Shown here: one piece after another, positions 1 to 6,550 of the stretch | Layout: every line of letters starts with the position of its first letter | How positions within the stretch are numbered: the first letter of the stretch is position 1 | Source of the DNA: a virus | DNA: 16,001 nucleotides | Reading direction: 5' to 3' (one strand) | Virus record (IMG/VR): IMGVR_UViG_3300045988_160359 | Location: 181,570 to 197,570 of that record | The notes under the pieces: model-generated | Seen by the model: only the letters and a program-made list of their open reading frames with translations | What the model was told of the DNA's origin: nothing | Databases searched by the model: none | Made by a program: the position numbers and the translations under genes

Positions 1-29
1 CTCATTATAATAAATCCTTTTTTGTTTTT

Positions 30-58
30 ATTATAGCATATTTTTTAATATATGTCAA
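30..58 (-). promoter_or_regulatory. Canonical sigma70-type promoter (TTGACA-N17-TATAAT) reading leftwards out of the window
   Basis: Minus strand reads TTGACA tatattaaaaaatatgc TATAAT (plus-strand TGTCAA at 53-58, ATTATA at 30-35). Spacer is exactly 17 nt. It lies downstream of the terminator of the 198..605 gene and points toward coordinate 1. Confidence 0.55.
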
Positions 59-140
59 TAAATTGGTTAAAAAATTAGTAAGCCATATTTTGATTTGGGT
101 TTTCGGTCTTTGCCCCCGACCTCGCCCGGAGCAGACCCAT

Positions 141-177
141 AGAAAAATGAGGTTAGGAATTAAATCCTAACCTCATT
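141..177 (-). terminator. Rho-independent terminator for the 198..605 gene
   Basis: 13-bp perfect stem (146-158 aatgaggttagga / 165-177 tcctaacctcatt) with loop attaaa. On the minus strand it is followed by a UUUUU run (plus 141-145 aaaaa). It sits 20 nt past the stop codon. Confidence 0.7.
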
Positions 178-197
178 CAAGAATCAGCGTATTCCGA

Positions 198-605
198 TTA
201 AATCTTGCGGTAGCCCATAACCTTGGACTTCTTGCCCTCGGCATTAGCCACAGTCTGCTCAGCCTTCTCGACCTTCTCAGCGCCGACCAGCTTGGTCAAG
301 CGAGCGCCGACCTTAGCAATGGTCACATCCTCGGGCATATCACCCAGGGCATCCATCACAGCATTACGAGTCATAAACTCGGTATCGCTCAGGACGGCAT
401 ACACCTTATCCATCAGCTCGTCAGCCTCGGCCTTCTTAGCTGCGGCGCGCTCCTTAGCCTTGTCGGCCTTCTTGTCCAGCAGGGCAATCTCGTTCTCACA
501 GAACTCGATAATCTTGGTGGGCTCAACATCAGTCTCACCAGTATTCATCGCCTGGATAATAGCCTCATAAAAATCACGCTTAGTGGTGCGATCAGTAGTC
601 TTCAT
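198..605 (-). CDS. Hypothetical Ala/Lys/Glu-rich protein (~135 aa) with a coiled-coil-like middle; GC-rich moron
   Basis: ORF track 198..623 is extended by a TTG alternative start. The true ATG is M7 (MKTTDRTTKRDF...), preceded by an AAAGAGG RBS. The gene body is about 57% GC against about 39% for the window. It has its own promoter copy A and its own terminator. I recognise no family. Confidence 0.7.
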   Translation of the reverse strand: MKTTDRTTKRDFYEAIIQAMNTGETDVEPTKIIEFCENEIALLDKKADKAKERAAAKKAEADELMDKVYAVLSDTEFMTRNAVMDALGDMPEDVTIAKVGARLTKLVGAEKVEKAEQTVANAEGKKSKVMGYRKI

Positions 606-666
606 CTTGTATACCTCTTTCAAAAATTTATTTTTGTTGTAAGGTCTTCCTTTACCTTACATATAT

Positions 667-695
667 ATTATATAATTTTTTTTTAAAAAAATCAA
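667..695 (-). promoter_or_regulatory. Promoter cassette copy A (TTGATT-N17-TATAAT plus conserved leader)
   Basis: Minus strand: TTGATT tttttaaaaaaaaatta TATAAT ATATATGTAAGGTAAAGGAAG. Plus-strand AATCAA at 690-695 and ATTATA at 667-672. The leader contains a 7-bp hairpin, GTAAGGT aaaggaag ACCTTAC. It drives the 198..605 gene. Confidence 0.75.
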
Positions 696-715
696 AATAC
701 TTTATATTGAACCAG

Positions 716-2452
716 TTAAAAGAAGATTTTGCGAGGATTTTCGATTTCGTTCCCGTCTTCATCAATGAAATAACCCTTATCAAAATCGCAATATCCCGTT
801 TTGAGACTTACCCAACTGCGGTTAGGATTGTCTCTGCGATGCTCCATCCAGCCCTTGCCGTTCCAAGGAATAACATCCTGAACAGCATCCTCAGTCATCT
901 TCTCCAAATCCAGATAAGTATGGGAAATGTTCCACTTATCAACAAACTGCTCAACGGGGCCATAATCCTTGATTTCGCCAGAACGAATCTTCTTAGCACA
1001 ACACTCACACAGAGTATCAAAGTTGAGATGAGTGATATAGCCGTTGAACGCGATTTCAAATGTATTATCACTATGGATGAAATGGCGCTCAGGGTCAGGC
1101 AATTGGTCGCGCCAATCTTCACACTTTTCATTGTGGAGGTCAACCTCACGCTGACAAACGGGGCACTCAGCAGTCTCGTTATCATAGCAATCCTGACAAA
1201 TCAAACGGCCCTCAACCTCATACAATTCATCAGCATCGCAATAACGACCGCACTCTTCACATTCGCCATCACCATTACAGCTATGACAAATCAAATCGTT
1301 GGAACTCAGGAGACTTTCATCATAGCCGCTGGAAGTCTTACCGCAGCCCAGACACTCACTCACACCAGAATAATAAATATCAATCTTCTCCGGCAAAGCG
1401 GCATTCAAATACATCAGATGTTCAAAACGGAAATCACTATACATATGACCAGTAGAAAAATTCACAGGAATTTTCTTCTCGCCAACCTGAACAGTGTTCT
1501 CGCAATCGGCGCGATATCGGCAGGTAGTATCACGATACTGATAATGAAGGTTCTTCTCTGCCAGGCTTTTCAGCCAATTCAGGCACTCGCCCACCAGTTC
1601 ATCATTACAATAGGGATACTCGCGAATATTAACAATAACATCGCGGTCAACAACAAACAGGCAACGCCACTTCTTGCTGTTCCAATGACCATCAGGAATG
1701 TCCATCTCATAGTCAGGATTTCGCAGATACGCCACCACGACACAAGGAGAGTTCATCATCTCTACGGTACCCTGACGATAATCACCACAACCCTGCCAGC
1801 TCATACAACTGTCCCAGCCCTCGTTGTTATCACTCATAGTCATATAATCCAGAGGATGAATAGACAGGCACAATTCGCCGGTCAGCTTTTTCTGATTGAG
1901 GATACGAGAATGCTCCAAACGGAACTGCTCAAAGATTTCGTTCCACTCAGGGTTCTCAAAAGTGGCGAGAATCTTACCCAGAATCTTCACGGCCTTAGCA
2001 CCAGTATTCACACGAACGCCATTCACAGTGAACTCAGTGCGGCTCCAAGAGTTATTAGCCAGCATGTAGGAATCAATCAGCCGACAAATATTATCTGCCT
2101 GGTCATCATCCAGACCCAAAGCGGAATAAATATTCCGAGGCCAGAAATTTTCACGAATCAAAGTGTCCATCGCAGAGATACCGTTGCCATCTCCGCGATA
2201 ACGAGCATCGTTGATTTCATCGGCCAACTCTTCGACGCCCTTAGAGAAGTTAAAGGACTTCCTCAGAACAAGCTGCTCACCGAACATCGTATAGAGACGC
2301 TCCTTAGCCTCTGCCCACGGCGCCATCGTGTTCGGCATAGACTGAACATAACAACCAGTCGCATCATATTCATCATTCTTGCCGCCATATGCCTCAATGT
2401 AAGCACGAATCAGATCAATATCTTCCGTAGTCAGGGCGTCATACAGATTCAT
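716..2452 (-). CDS. Large hypothetical protein (578 aa) with a C-terminal cluster of CxxC zinc-ribbon-like motifs
   Basis: Real ATG at 2450-2452 (MNLYDALTT), immediately downstream of cassette B. The composition is protein-like (D/E/K/N/W-rich). The C-terminal third carries CLGC, CHSC, CEEC, CQDC, CPVC and CECC motifs. I did not recognise the family. The antisense strand is also open (707..2506 +). Confidence 0.85.
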   Translation of the reverse strand: MNLYDALTTEDIDLIRAYIEAYGGKNDEYDATGCYVQSMPNTMAPWAEAKERLYTMFGEQLVLRKSFNFSKGVEELADEINDARYRGDGNGISAMDTLIRENFWPRNIYSALGLDDDQADNICRLIDSYMLANNSWSRTEFTVNGVRVNTGAKAVKILGKILATFENPEWNEIFEQFRLEHSRILNQKKLTGELCLSIHPLDYMTMSDNNEGWDSCMSWQGCGDYRQGTVEMMNSPCVVVAYLRNPDYEMDIPDGHWNSKKWRCLFVVDRDVIVNIREYPYCNDELVGECLNWLKSLAEKNLHYQYRDTTCRYRADCENTVQVGEKKIPVNFSTGHMYSDFRFEHLMYLNAALPEKIDIYYSGVSECLGCGKTSSGYDESLLSSNDLICHSCNGDGECEECGRYCDADELYEVEGRLICQDCYDNETAECPVCQREVDLHNEKCEDWRDQLPDPERHFIHSDNTFEIAFNGYITHLNFDTLCECCAKKIRSGEIKDYGPVEQFVDKWNISHTYLDLEKMTEDAVQDVIPWNGKGWMEHRRDNPNRSWVSLKTGYCDFDKGYFIDEDGNEIENPRKIFF

Positions 2453-2486
2453 TTTGTATCATTTCCTTTCTTCATCTTATATATAT

Positions 2487-2515
2487 ATTATATTATAAAT
2501 TTATAAAAAAATCAA
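2487..2515 (-). promoter_or_regulatory. Promoter cassette copy B (TTGATT-N17-TATAAT plus leader), identical to copy H
   Basis: Minus strand: TTGATT tttttataaatttataa TATAAT ATATATATAAGATGAAGAAAGGAAATGATACAAA ATG. Plus 2447-2501 is identical to 15947-16001. The leader holds an 8-codon uORF (MKKGNDTK*) whose stop overlaps the gene ATG (ATGA). Confidence 0.8.
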
Positions 2516-2516
2516 A

Positions 2517-2549
2517 TAAGGGTCTTACCGCCGAAAGGTAAGACCCTTA
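2517..2549 (-). terminator. Rho-independent terminator (bidirectional) ending the upstream operon
   Basis: 13-bp stem taagggtcttacc / ggtaagaccctta with loop gccgaaa. T-runs lie on both sides (minus atttgattttttt, plus tttttgggggg). It abuts promoter B. Confidence 0.8.
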
Positions 2550-2585
2550 TTTTTGGGGGGATGAAATCAACAAACTGGGGATATA

Positions 2586-4076
2586 TTACTTAACCTGATT
2601 CATCAGCATCAGAGGAATGGCCATGTCCTTCATATCGCCATCATTCATCAGCATCAGCATCATAGGGTTAAACGCATTGGTAGAACCATTGGCCTGGCTC
2701 ATCAGCATCATAGGAATCAGCATATCCTTCATATCGGACTTGCCATCCATCAACATCAGCATCCACATATTGCCAAAGGGGTTCTCAGAAGTGGGAGTCT
2801 GGCCCATCAGGTTATCAAACAGAGACACAACCTTGGTAGCGAAATTGAAGCCAAACATATTCTTAGAAGGCATAATAGTCTTCTTCTCACCAGCCACGGG
2901 GTCAATGGCAACCAGGTCGCCGGCCTCGGTCTTGCTGATAACGAACATAGGCTTGCGTGCGTGGATAACGACATCGCCCACCGCAATGTCCTTGATAGCC
3001 ACAGGCATCTTGAACAGGAAATTGGAACCATCGAAATTGAACACATCGACGTCCATCAGGTCGCCAGCGCTCTTATCATAAGCGGTCCAGACGCCAGAAG
3101 CATTCTTAACAGCCATACCATACATAGACATACGGATGGAATCGTTGGTAATCTTACCGAAATCAAAATTGAAACCCTTCATTTTATTCTCCTTTTCTTC
3201 ATTATCCTTTTTTTCGTAATTCTTACAGTTTTTACACAGGTCATCACAGCAAATGCTTACCTGGTCAGCGCAAGGCTTGATAACATCAGCCCTAGTATTA
3301 AGTTTGGCAACAGAAACCAAATCGTCCGCACTAATAGGCTTAGTGCTACTTGTAGTTGCAAACCAATCAAGAGTGAGGCTATCCGGCTTTACGGCATTGG
3401 TAATGGGCTTAGTAGTGCTGGTAGGCACATTCCAATCAATAGTAAAACCATCAAGCGTCTCAGTATTGGTAGTCGCCTTAGTCGCAGTATTATCTGCGAT
3501 TGGACCGCCTGTAATGCCATTCCAATTCAAATTAGAGGGCTGAGTGGTCGCATAAGCAGGTGAATACTTATCAGCATCGGTGTAAATTTTTTCATATACA
3601 TCGTTGTAATAGTTATTGGTTTCCTTATACTGCTTAATGATATTCTTGTAATAATATTTATCGTTAATAGTCATTTCTCTCTTCCAATTCAATTCTGCTG
3701 TGGTAGGCTTCGTAGAAATGACATACTCAGTGGCTTCTTTTACCTCAATATTGCACATCAATACTTTGACAATAAATTGAGGGGTCAACTCATTGACAAG
3801 AAACTGACCGAAGGATTTATCATCAAAATAAAAGTTTGGAACATTTTCAACGAATACTTTTTTTGTATCAACGTCAAAATGAACAGATGTTGGAACGATT
3901 TTATTATCAACTCTGGAACAACGTTCCTTAATTGTCTTACGAATCTTACACCAAGCATCGTAATCAAACTTCTTATATTGCTTTTGCTTGACTGCCTTAT
4001 TAAACTTCTCAAACAGTTCATCGAACGCGGATTGAGAACATTTAACATACAGAGTGGGACTCTTAATTGTTGCCAT
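2586..4076 (-). CDS. Repeat-containing protein (496 aa) with a Thr/Ser-rich repeated linker and a Met-rich C-terminal tandem repeat
   Basis: ATG at 4074-4076 with RBS GGAGGAAGATA. The N-terminal part is very AT-rich (K/N/Y/I). The middle has repeats DWNVPTSTTKPI and DWFATTSSTKPI. The C-terminus carries two 23-aa repeats, NMWMLMLMDGKSDMKDMLIPMMLM and NPMMLMLMNDGDMKDMAIPLMLM. An FNF motif recurs (GFNFDFG, VFNFDGSNF, MFGFNFATK). Confidence 0.85.
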   Translation of the reverse strand: MATIKSPTLYVKCSQSAFDELFEKFNKAVKQKQYKKFDYDAWCKIRKTIKERCSRVDNKIVPTSVHFDVDTKKVFVENVPNFYFDDKSFGQFLVNELTPQFIVKVLMCNIEVKEATEYVISTKPTTAELNWKREMTINDKYYYKNIIKQYKETNNYYNDVYEKIYTDADKYSPAYATTQPSNLNWNGITGGPIADNTATKATTNTETLDGFTIDWNVPTSTTKPITNAVKPDSLTLDWFATTSSTKPISADDLVSVAKLNTRADVIKPCADQVSICCDDLCKNCKNYEKKDNEEKENKMKGFNFDFGKITNDSIRMSMYGMAVKNASGVWTAYDKSAGDLMDVDVFNFDGSNFLFKMPVAIKDIAVGDVVIHARKPMFVISKTEAGDLVAIDPVAGEKKTIMPSKNMFGFNFATKVVSLFDNLMGQTPTSENPFGNMWMLMLMDGKSDMKDMLIPMMLMSQANGSTNAFNPMMLMLMNDGDMKDMAIPLMLMNQVK

Positions 4077-4086
4077 TATCTTCCTC

Positions 4087-4260
4087 CTACCTACGTCGCA
4101 TTACTTCTGACTTAATATAGTCGAGGTCAGACTGCGACAGGTCATCATCGACGTCAATAGTATAATTGCCCGCGTCCGCATGAACCAGCGCGTCAATAAT
4201 ATCTTCTACCTCTTGGGTGTGCTTCGCATAGGGCCAAAACGGGTCATTCATATTAAACAT
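4087..4260 (-). CDS. Small acidic protein (57 aa, MFNMNDPFWPYAKHTQEVEDII...)
   Basis: Not in the ORF track because it is under 60 aa. ATG with an AGGTGATAAATT RBS. Its stop (TAG) lies within the RBS of the 2586..4076 gene. I read the frame codon by codon. Confidence 0.5.
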   Translation of the reverse strand: MFNMNDPFWPYAKHTQEVEDIIDALVHADAGNYTIDVDDDLSQSDLDYIKSEVMRRR

Positions 4261-4298
4261 AATTTATCACCTACGTTATCGAAATTTCGGACATTCTA

Positions 4299-4538
4299 TT
4301 ACCAATTAACGGAATTTCGTGAAGCGCATGCCTCAATCTCATCAATCTTTACTACGCCTTTGAATTCAAGATTGTTCTTCAAACAATTCTTAGCATAGGT
4401 AATCATCACATTGTCCCAATCGCCCTCTTCTTCGGCAATTCTATCAATATAATGATTACCGGCGTCAATGGCATCAGTAAGGAACAGGTAATAATCCTCT
4501 TCTATGTCGAGAATATATTTAATCTTATAGATAGTCAT
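4299..4538 (-). CDS. Hypothetical protein (79 aa)
   Basis: ATG at 4536-4538 overlaps the stop of the upstream gene (TAATG). Acidic, no recognised family. Confidence 0.65.
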   Translation of the reverse strand: MTIYKIKYILDIEEDYYLFLTDAIDAGNHYIDRIAEEEGDWDNVMITYAKNCLKNNLEFKGVVKIDEIEACASRNSVNW

Positions 4539-4852
4539 TAGTAAATATCACACCCATCTACAATTTCATCAGAATCATACAGTTTCTGAAAACATCCGAC
4601 CAAATCTTCATTGTCAATGCGAGTGACAGACTTCATACAACTGAGCCTGTCAAACATATCAGTCAAACGATTGTCCTCAATACCCTCATAATGAATAGTC
4701 CTTACCTGATAATCCTCGTGATGAGGAACGCACAGATGGATATTAATGAAATATGCCAAGCTAACCTTCAACAGACTCTTGTTCTCATCAAACATTACGA
4801 CGTCCTTATCATGATAGCCATCGTCCAGGACCAAAGCCTTAATCATATTCAT
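4538..4852 (-). CDS. Hypothetical protein (~104 aa, MNMIKALVLDDGYHDKD...)
   Basis: Track ORF 4538..4888 begins at a TTG. An in-frame ATG at 4850-4852 is preceded by an AAGGAA RBS. The stop is in TAATG overlap with the next gene. Confidence 0.65.
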   Translation of the reverse strand: MNMIKALVLDDGYHDKDVVMFDENKSLLKVSLAYFINIHLCVPHHEDYQVRTIHYEGIEDNRLTDMFDRLSCMKSVTRIDNEDLVGCFQKLYDSDEIVDGCDIY

Positions 4853-4871
4853 CAATTCCTTTCTTGTTTCA

Positions 4872-5075
4872 TTATACAAAATTTCCAAGTTCTTTTAGCG
4901 AAGTGAAGAATTCACTAGCCATAGTCTCATTGAGTTGAAGGTCAATCTTATCTCCACTAAAATTAGTAATAGAGAAATTGTAGATACCATTTTCCTTATT
5001 GAGACGGATGTTGGTAGCAGATCTATCATCATCAGAGTTGATACAATAAGTTTTGTTAATGGTTAACATATTCAT
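4872..5075 (-). CDS. Hypothetical protein (~67 aa)
   Basis: Track ORF 4872..5078 with a TTG extension. Real ATG at 5073-5075 after an AAAGGAATTG RBS. It overlaps the 3' end of the 57-aa Cys ORF. Confidence 0.6.
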   Translation of the reverse strand: MNMLTINKTYCINSDDDRSATNIRLNKENGIYNFSITNFSGDKIDLQLNETMASEFFTSLKELGNFV

Positions 5076-5229
5076 CAATTCCTTTTAATTCATTATATAA
5101 ATCCATAATCAATCTATGAGAACATTTCAGAGGATATGTTTCCATATCTGTATCATATTTTTTATATGGACATTCATCACATATAAATTCAGTACAGCAT
5201 TCAAGTGCTTTTTTAATTTCTTCTTTCAT
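5056..5229 (-). CDS. Cys-rich mini-protein (57 aa, MKEEIKKALECCTEFICDECPYKKY...CSH), putative Zn-binding
   Basis: Not in the track. Its ATG is the ATAAG-ATG of cassette C, only about 13 nt after the -10, so it is near-leaderless. CCx4CxxC...CxH pattern. The stop overlaps the next gene's start region. Confidence 0.4.
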   Translation of the reverse strand: MKEEIKKALECCTEFICDECPYKKYDTDMETYPLKCSHRLIMDLYNELKGIDEYVNH

Positions 5230-5240
5230 CTTATATATAT

Positions 5241-5269
5241 ATTATATTATATTTTTTTTAAAAAATCAA
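5241..5269 (-). promoter_or_regulatory. Promoter cassette copy C
   Basis: Minus: TTGATT ttttaaaaaaaatataa TATAAT ATATATATAAGATG. Plus AATCAA at 5264-5269 and ATTATA at 5241-5246. The -35 overlaps the stop of the upstream 49-aa ORF. No terminator lies upstream. Confidence 0.75.
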
Positions 5270-5415
5270 TCGAATAGATTTTTACCAAACTCTCTGCGGT
5301 ATGCGTCTTCGAACATATGCCAATTACCGCAGAAATAGGTATCTACATACCAGTCAACCAAATCGGCGTTAACAGCCTCTTTGATAATGCTAGCAAATAC
5401 ATCTGTGTAATCCAT
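5266..5415 (-). CDS. Small protein (49 aa, MDYTDVFASIIKEAVNADLVDWYVDTYFCGNWHMFEDAYRREFGKNLFD)
   Basis: Not in the track. The ATG overlaps the stop of 5415..5723 (TAATG) with a GAGGAGG RBS inside the upstream gene's end. I read the frame codon by codon. Confidence 0.5.
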   Translation of the reverse strand: MDYTDVFASIIKEAVNADLVDWYVDTYFCGNWHMFEDAYRREFGKNLFD

Positions 5416-5723
5416 TAATATGCCTCCTCAACCTGATACCAAGTAGCAAGAGAACGATGAGTATAATAGCGTGTATACGCATCTACCCAAATAGCCTCCT
5501 CAGCCCACTGAATATGTTCTTTGGCCAGCTCATCGCGTACCTGCTCAACATAATAGTCAATAGTATTATCAAAAATAACACCCTGCTCAACCAAATTATC
5601 ATAGAAAGTATCTACAATAATCTGAGCGCGCATATTGACTACGCCGGGGTCACAAACAATAAATGCAGAACGAGCTCGGTCATCAGATCTCAAACCATAT
5701 TTTATATGATAACGATAATTCAT
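5415..5723 (-). CDS. Paralog family member 3 of 3 (102 aa; N-terminal YRYHIKYGL..., C-terminal ...TWYQVEEAY)
   Basis: ATG at 5721-5723. Its RBS GAGGAG lies in the last codons of the upstream paralog. It shares the N-terminal YxIxYGL motif and the C-terminal WYxVE motif with 5726..6082 and 6082..6447. Confidence 0.8.
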   Translation of the reverse strand: MNYRYHIKYGLRSDDRARSAFIVCDPGVVNMRAQIIVDTFYDNLVEQGVIFDNTIDYYVEQVRDELAKEHIQWAEEAIWVDAYTRYYTHRSLATWYQVEEAY

Positions 5724-5725
5724 AA

Positions 5726-6082
5726 TTACAACTCCTCAAATGGGTCATTAATGTCCATCAATTCCGCCTGATACCAAATATGGTCTTCAAGCATATCATT
5801 GTATTTATTAACCCCAAGGGCCCAGAATGATTGACCTTTATATTCCGGACCCACCGGACGTTTGCCAGTCAAATATTTTACTTTATCTCGGTATTCTTCA
5901 ACAAACTCACCAATAGAATGATTCCATTTAAATCTCTTTCCACGAGCCAGAGCTTCAAAATGATTACGAGCAATACATTGAGCATCTTCAAGAGCCTCTT
6001 CAAGACTCTCGCTATAACGAGTCATAGTTATCATATCGCCCACATCATAAGTGCCGTAAGTAAGCAAATATTTATGAAACAT
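5726..6082 (-). CDS. Paralog family member 2 of 3 (~118 aa, MFHKYLLTYGTYD...WYQAELMDINDPFEEL)
   Basis: Track ORF 5726..6097 is extended. Real ATG at 6080-6082 with a GGGAGGAG RBS, in TAATG overlap with the stop of 6082..6447. Confidence 0.8.
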   Translation of the reverse strand: MFHKYLLTYGTYDVGDMITMTRYSESLEEALEDAQCIARNHFEALARGKRFKWNHSIGEFVEEYRDKVKYLTGKRPVGPEYKGQSFWALGVNKYNDMLEDHIWYQAELMDINDPFEEL

Positions 6083-6447
6083 TAGAACTCCTCCCACTCT
6101 TCTTCTATTGGTATTAACGAAGGAGCTATATCAGGGGCTTTTTCTACTTTATACCAAACATAGTCATCAATCATTGACCAGTATAAATTATTAACATAGT
6201 CCCATGTAGCATCCCATTTATCCCAAGTATTAGGTAAATGTAAATCTTTTATTACTTTTTCGTAAACTTTCTTTTGGCTGGGAAATCGGGCACGGTTTTC
6301 ATTCGCTTTACGGAAAAATAAACTATGGGCTACCCGTGCCGCTCGGGATTGAGCCTGTTCTATATTAGAGGCATTAATAAATATACGACCTTTAAATATG
6401 CCTTCATGAATTATATTATATAGACCATACTCAATCTTATACATCAT
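6082..6447 (-). CDS. Paralog family member 1 of 3 (121 aa, MMYKIEYGLYN...WYKVEKAPD...EEEWEEF)
   Basis: ATGATG at 6447 after the cassette D leader AAGGAAGGAAA. Acidic Trp-rich C-terminus. Confidence 0.8.
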   Translation of the reverse strand: MMYKIEYGLYNIIHEGIFKGRIFINASNIEQAQSRAARVAHSLFFRKANENRARFPSQKKVYEKVIKDLHLPNTWDKWDATWDYVNNLYWSMIDDYVWYKVEKAPDIAPSLIPIEEEWEEF

Positions 6448-6479
6448 AAGCCCATTTCCTTCCTTTACCTTATATATAT

Positions 6480-6508
6480 ATTATATAATAATTTTTAATA
6501 AAAATCAA
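6480..6508 (-). promoter_or_regulatory. Promoter cassette copy D
   Basis: Minus: TTGATT tttattaaaaattatta TATAAT ATATATATAAGGTAAAGGAAGGAAATGG. Plus AATCAA at 6503-6508 and ATTATA at 6480-6485. Confidence 0.8.
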
Positions 6509-6517
6509 TAAAAAAAA

Positions 6518-6544
6518 ATAGGGATAGTATTATACTATCCCTAT
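6518..6544 (-). terminator. Rho-independent terminator ending the 8731..6551 operon
   Basis: 12-bp stem atagggatagta / tactatccctat with loop tta. It is followed on the minus strand by an 8-9 nt U-run (plus 6510-6518 A-run) that merges into the region upstream of promoter D's -35. Confidence 0.8.
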
Positions 6545-6550
6545 TATATA

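Noticed and set aside
223-570. 115-aa plus-strand ORF inside the GC-rich gene
   Set aside because: It is an antisense frame left open by the high GC of the minus-strand gene. It has no promoter or RBS, and its Ser/Ala/Leu-rich low-complexity product is typical of GC-rich antisense.
895-1185. Minus-strand ORFs in alternative frames nested in larger genes (895..1185, 2807..3046, 3785..4048, 12144..12440, 12957..13151, 13217..13411, 11178..11366, 15457..15660, 15694..15891)
   Set aside because: They lie inside better-supported genes in another frame, lack RBSs and have low-complexity or basic composition. 11178..11366 in particular is out of frame with the RBS-supported Zn-ribbon gene 11194..11391.
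707-2506. 599-aa plus-strand ORF
   Set aside because: It is fully antisense to the well-supported 716..2452 (-) gene, has no RBS and starts inside promoter A. Its composition is I/L/T/N-biased, as expected from the reverse complement of a coding strand. It is kept as a curiosity (see findings) but not called as a gene.
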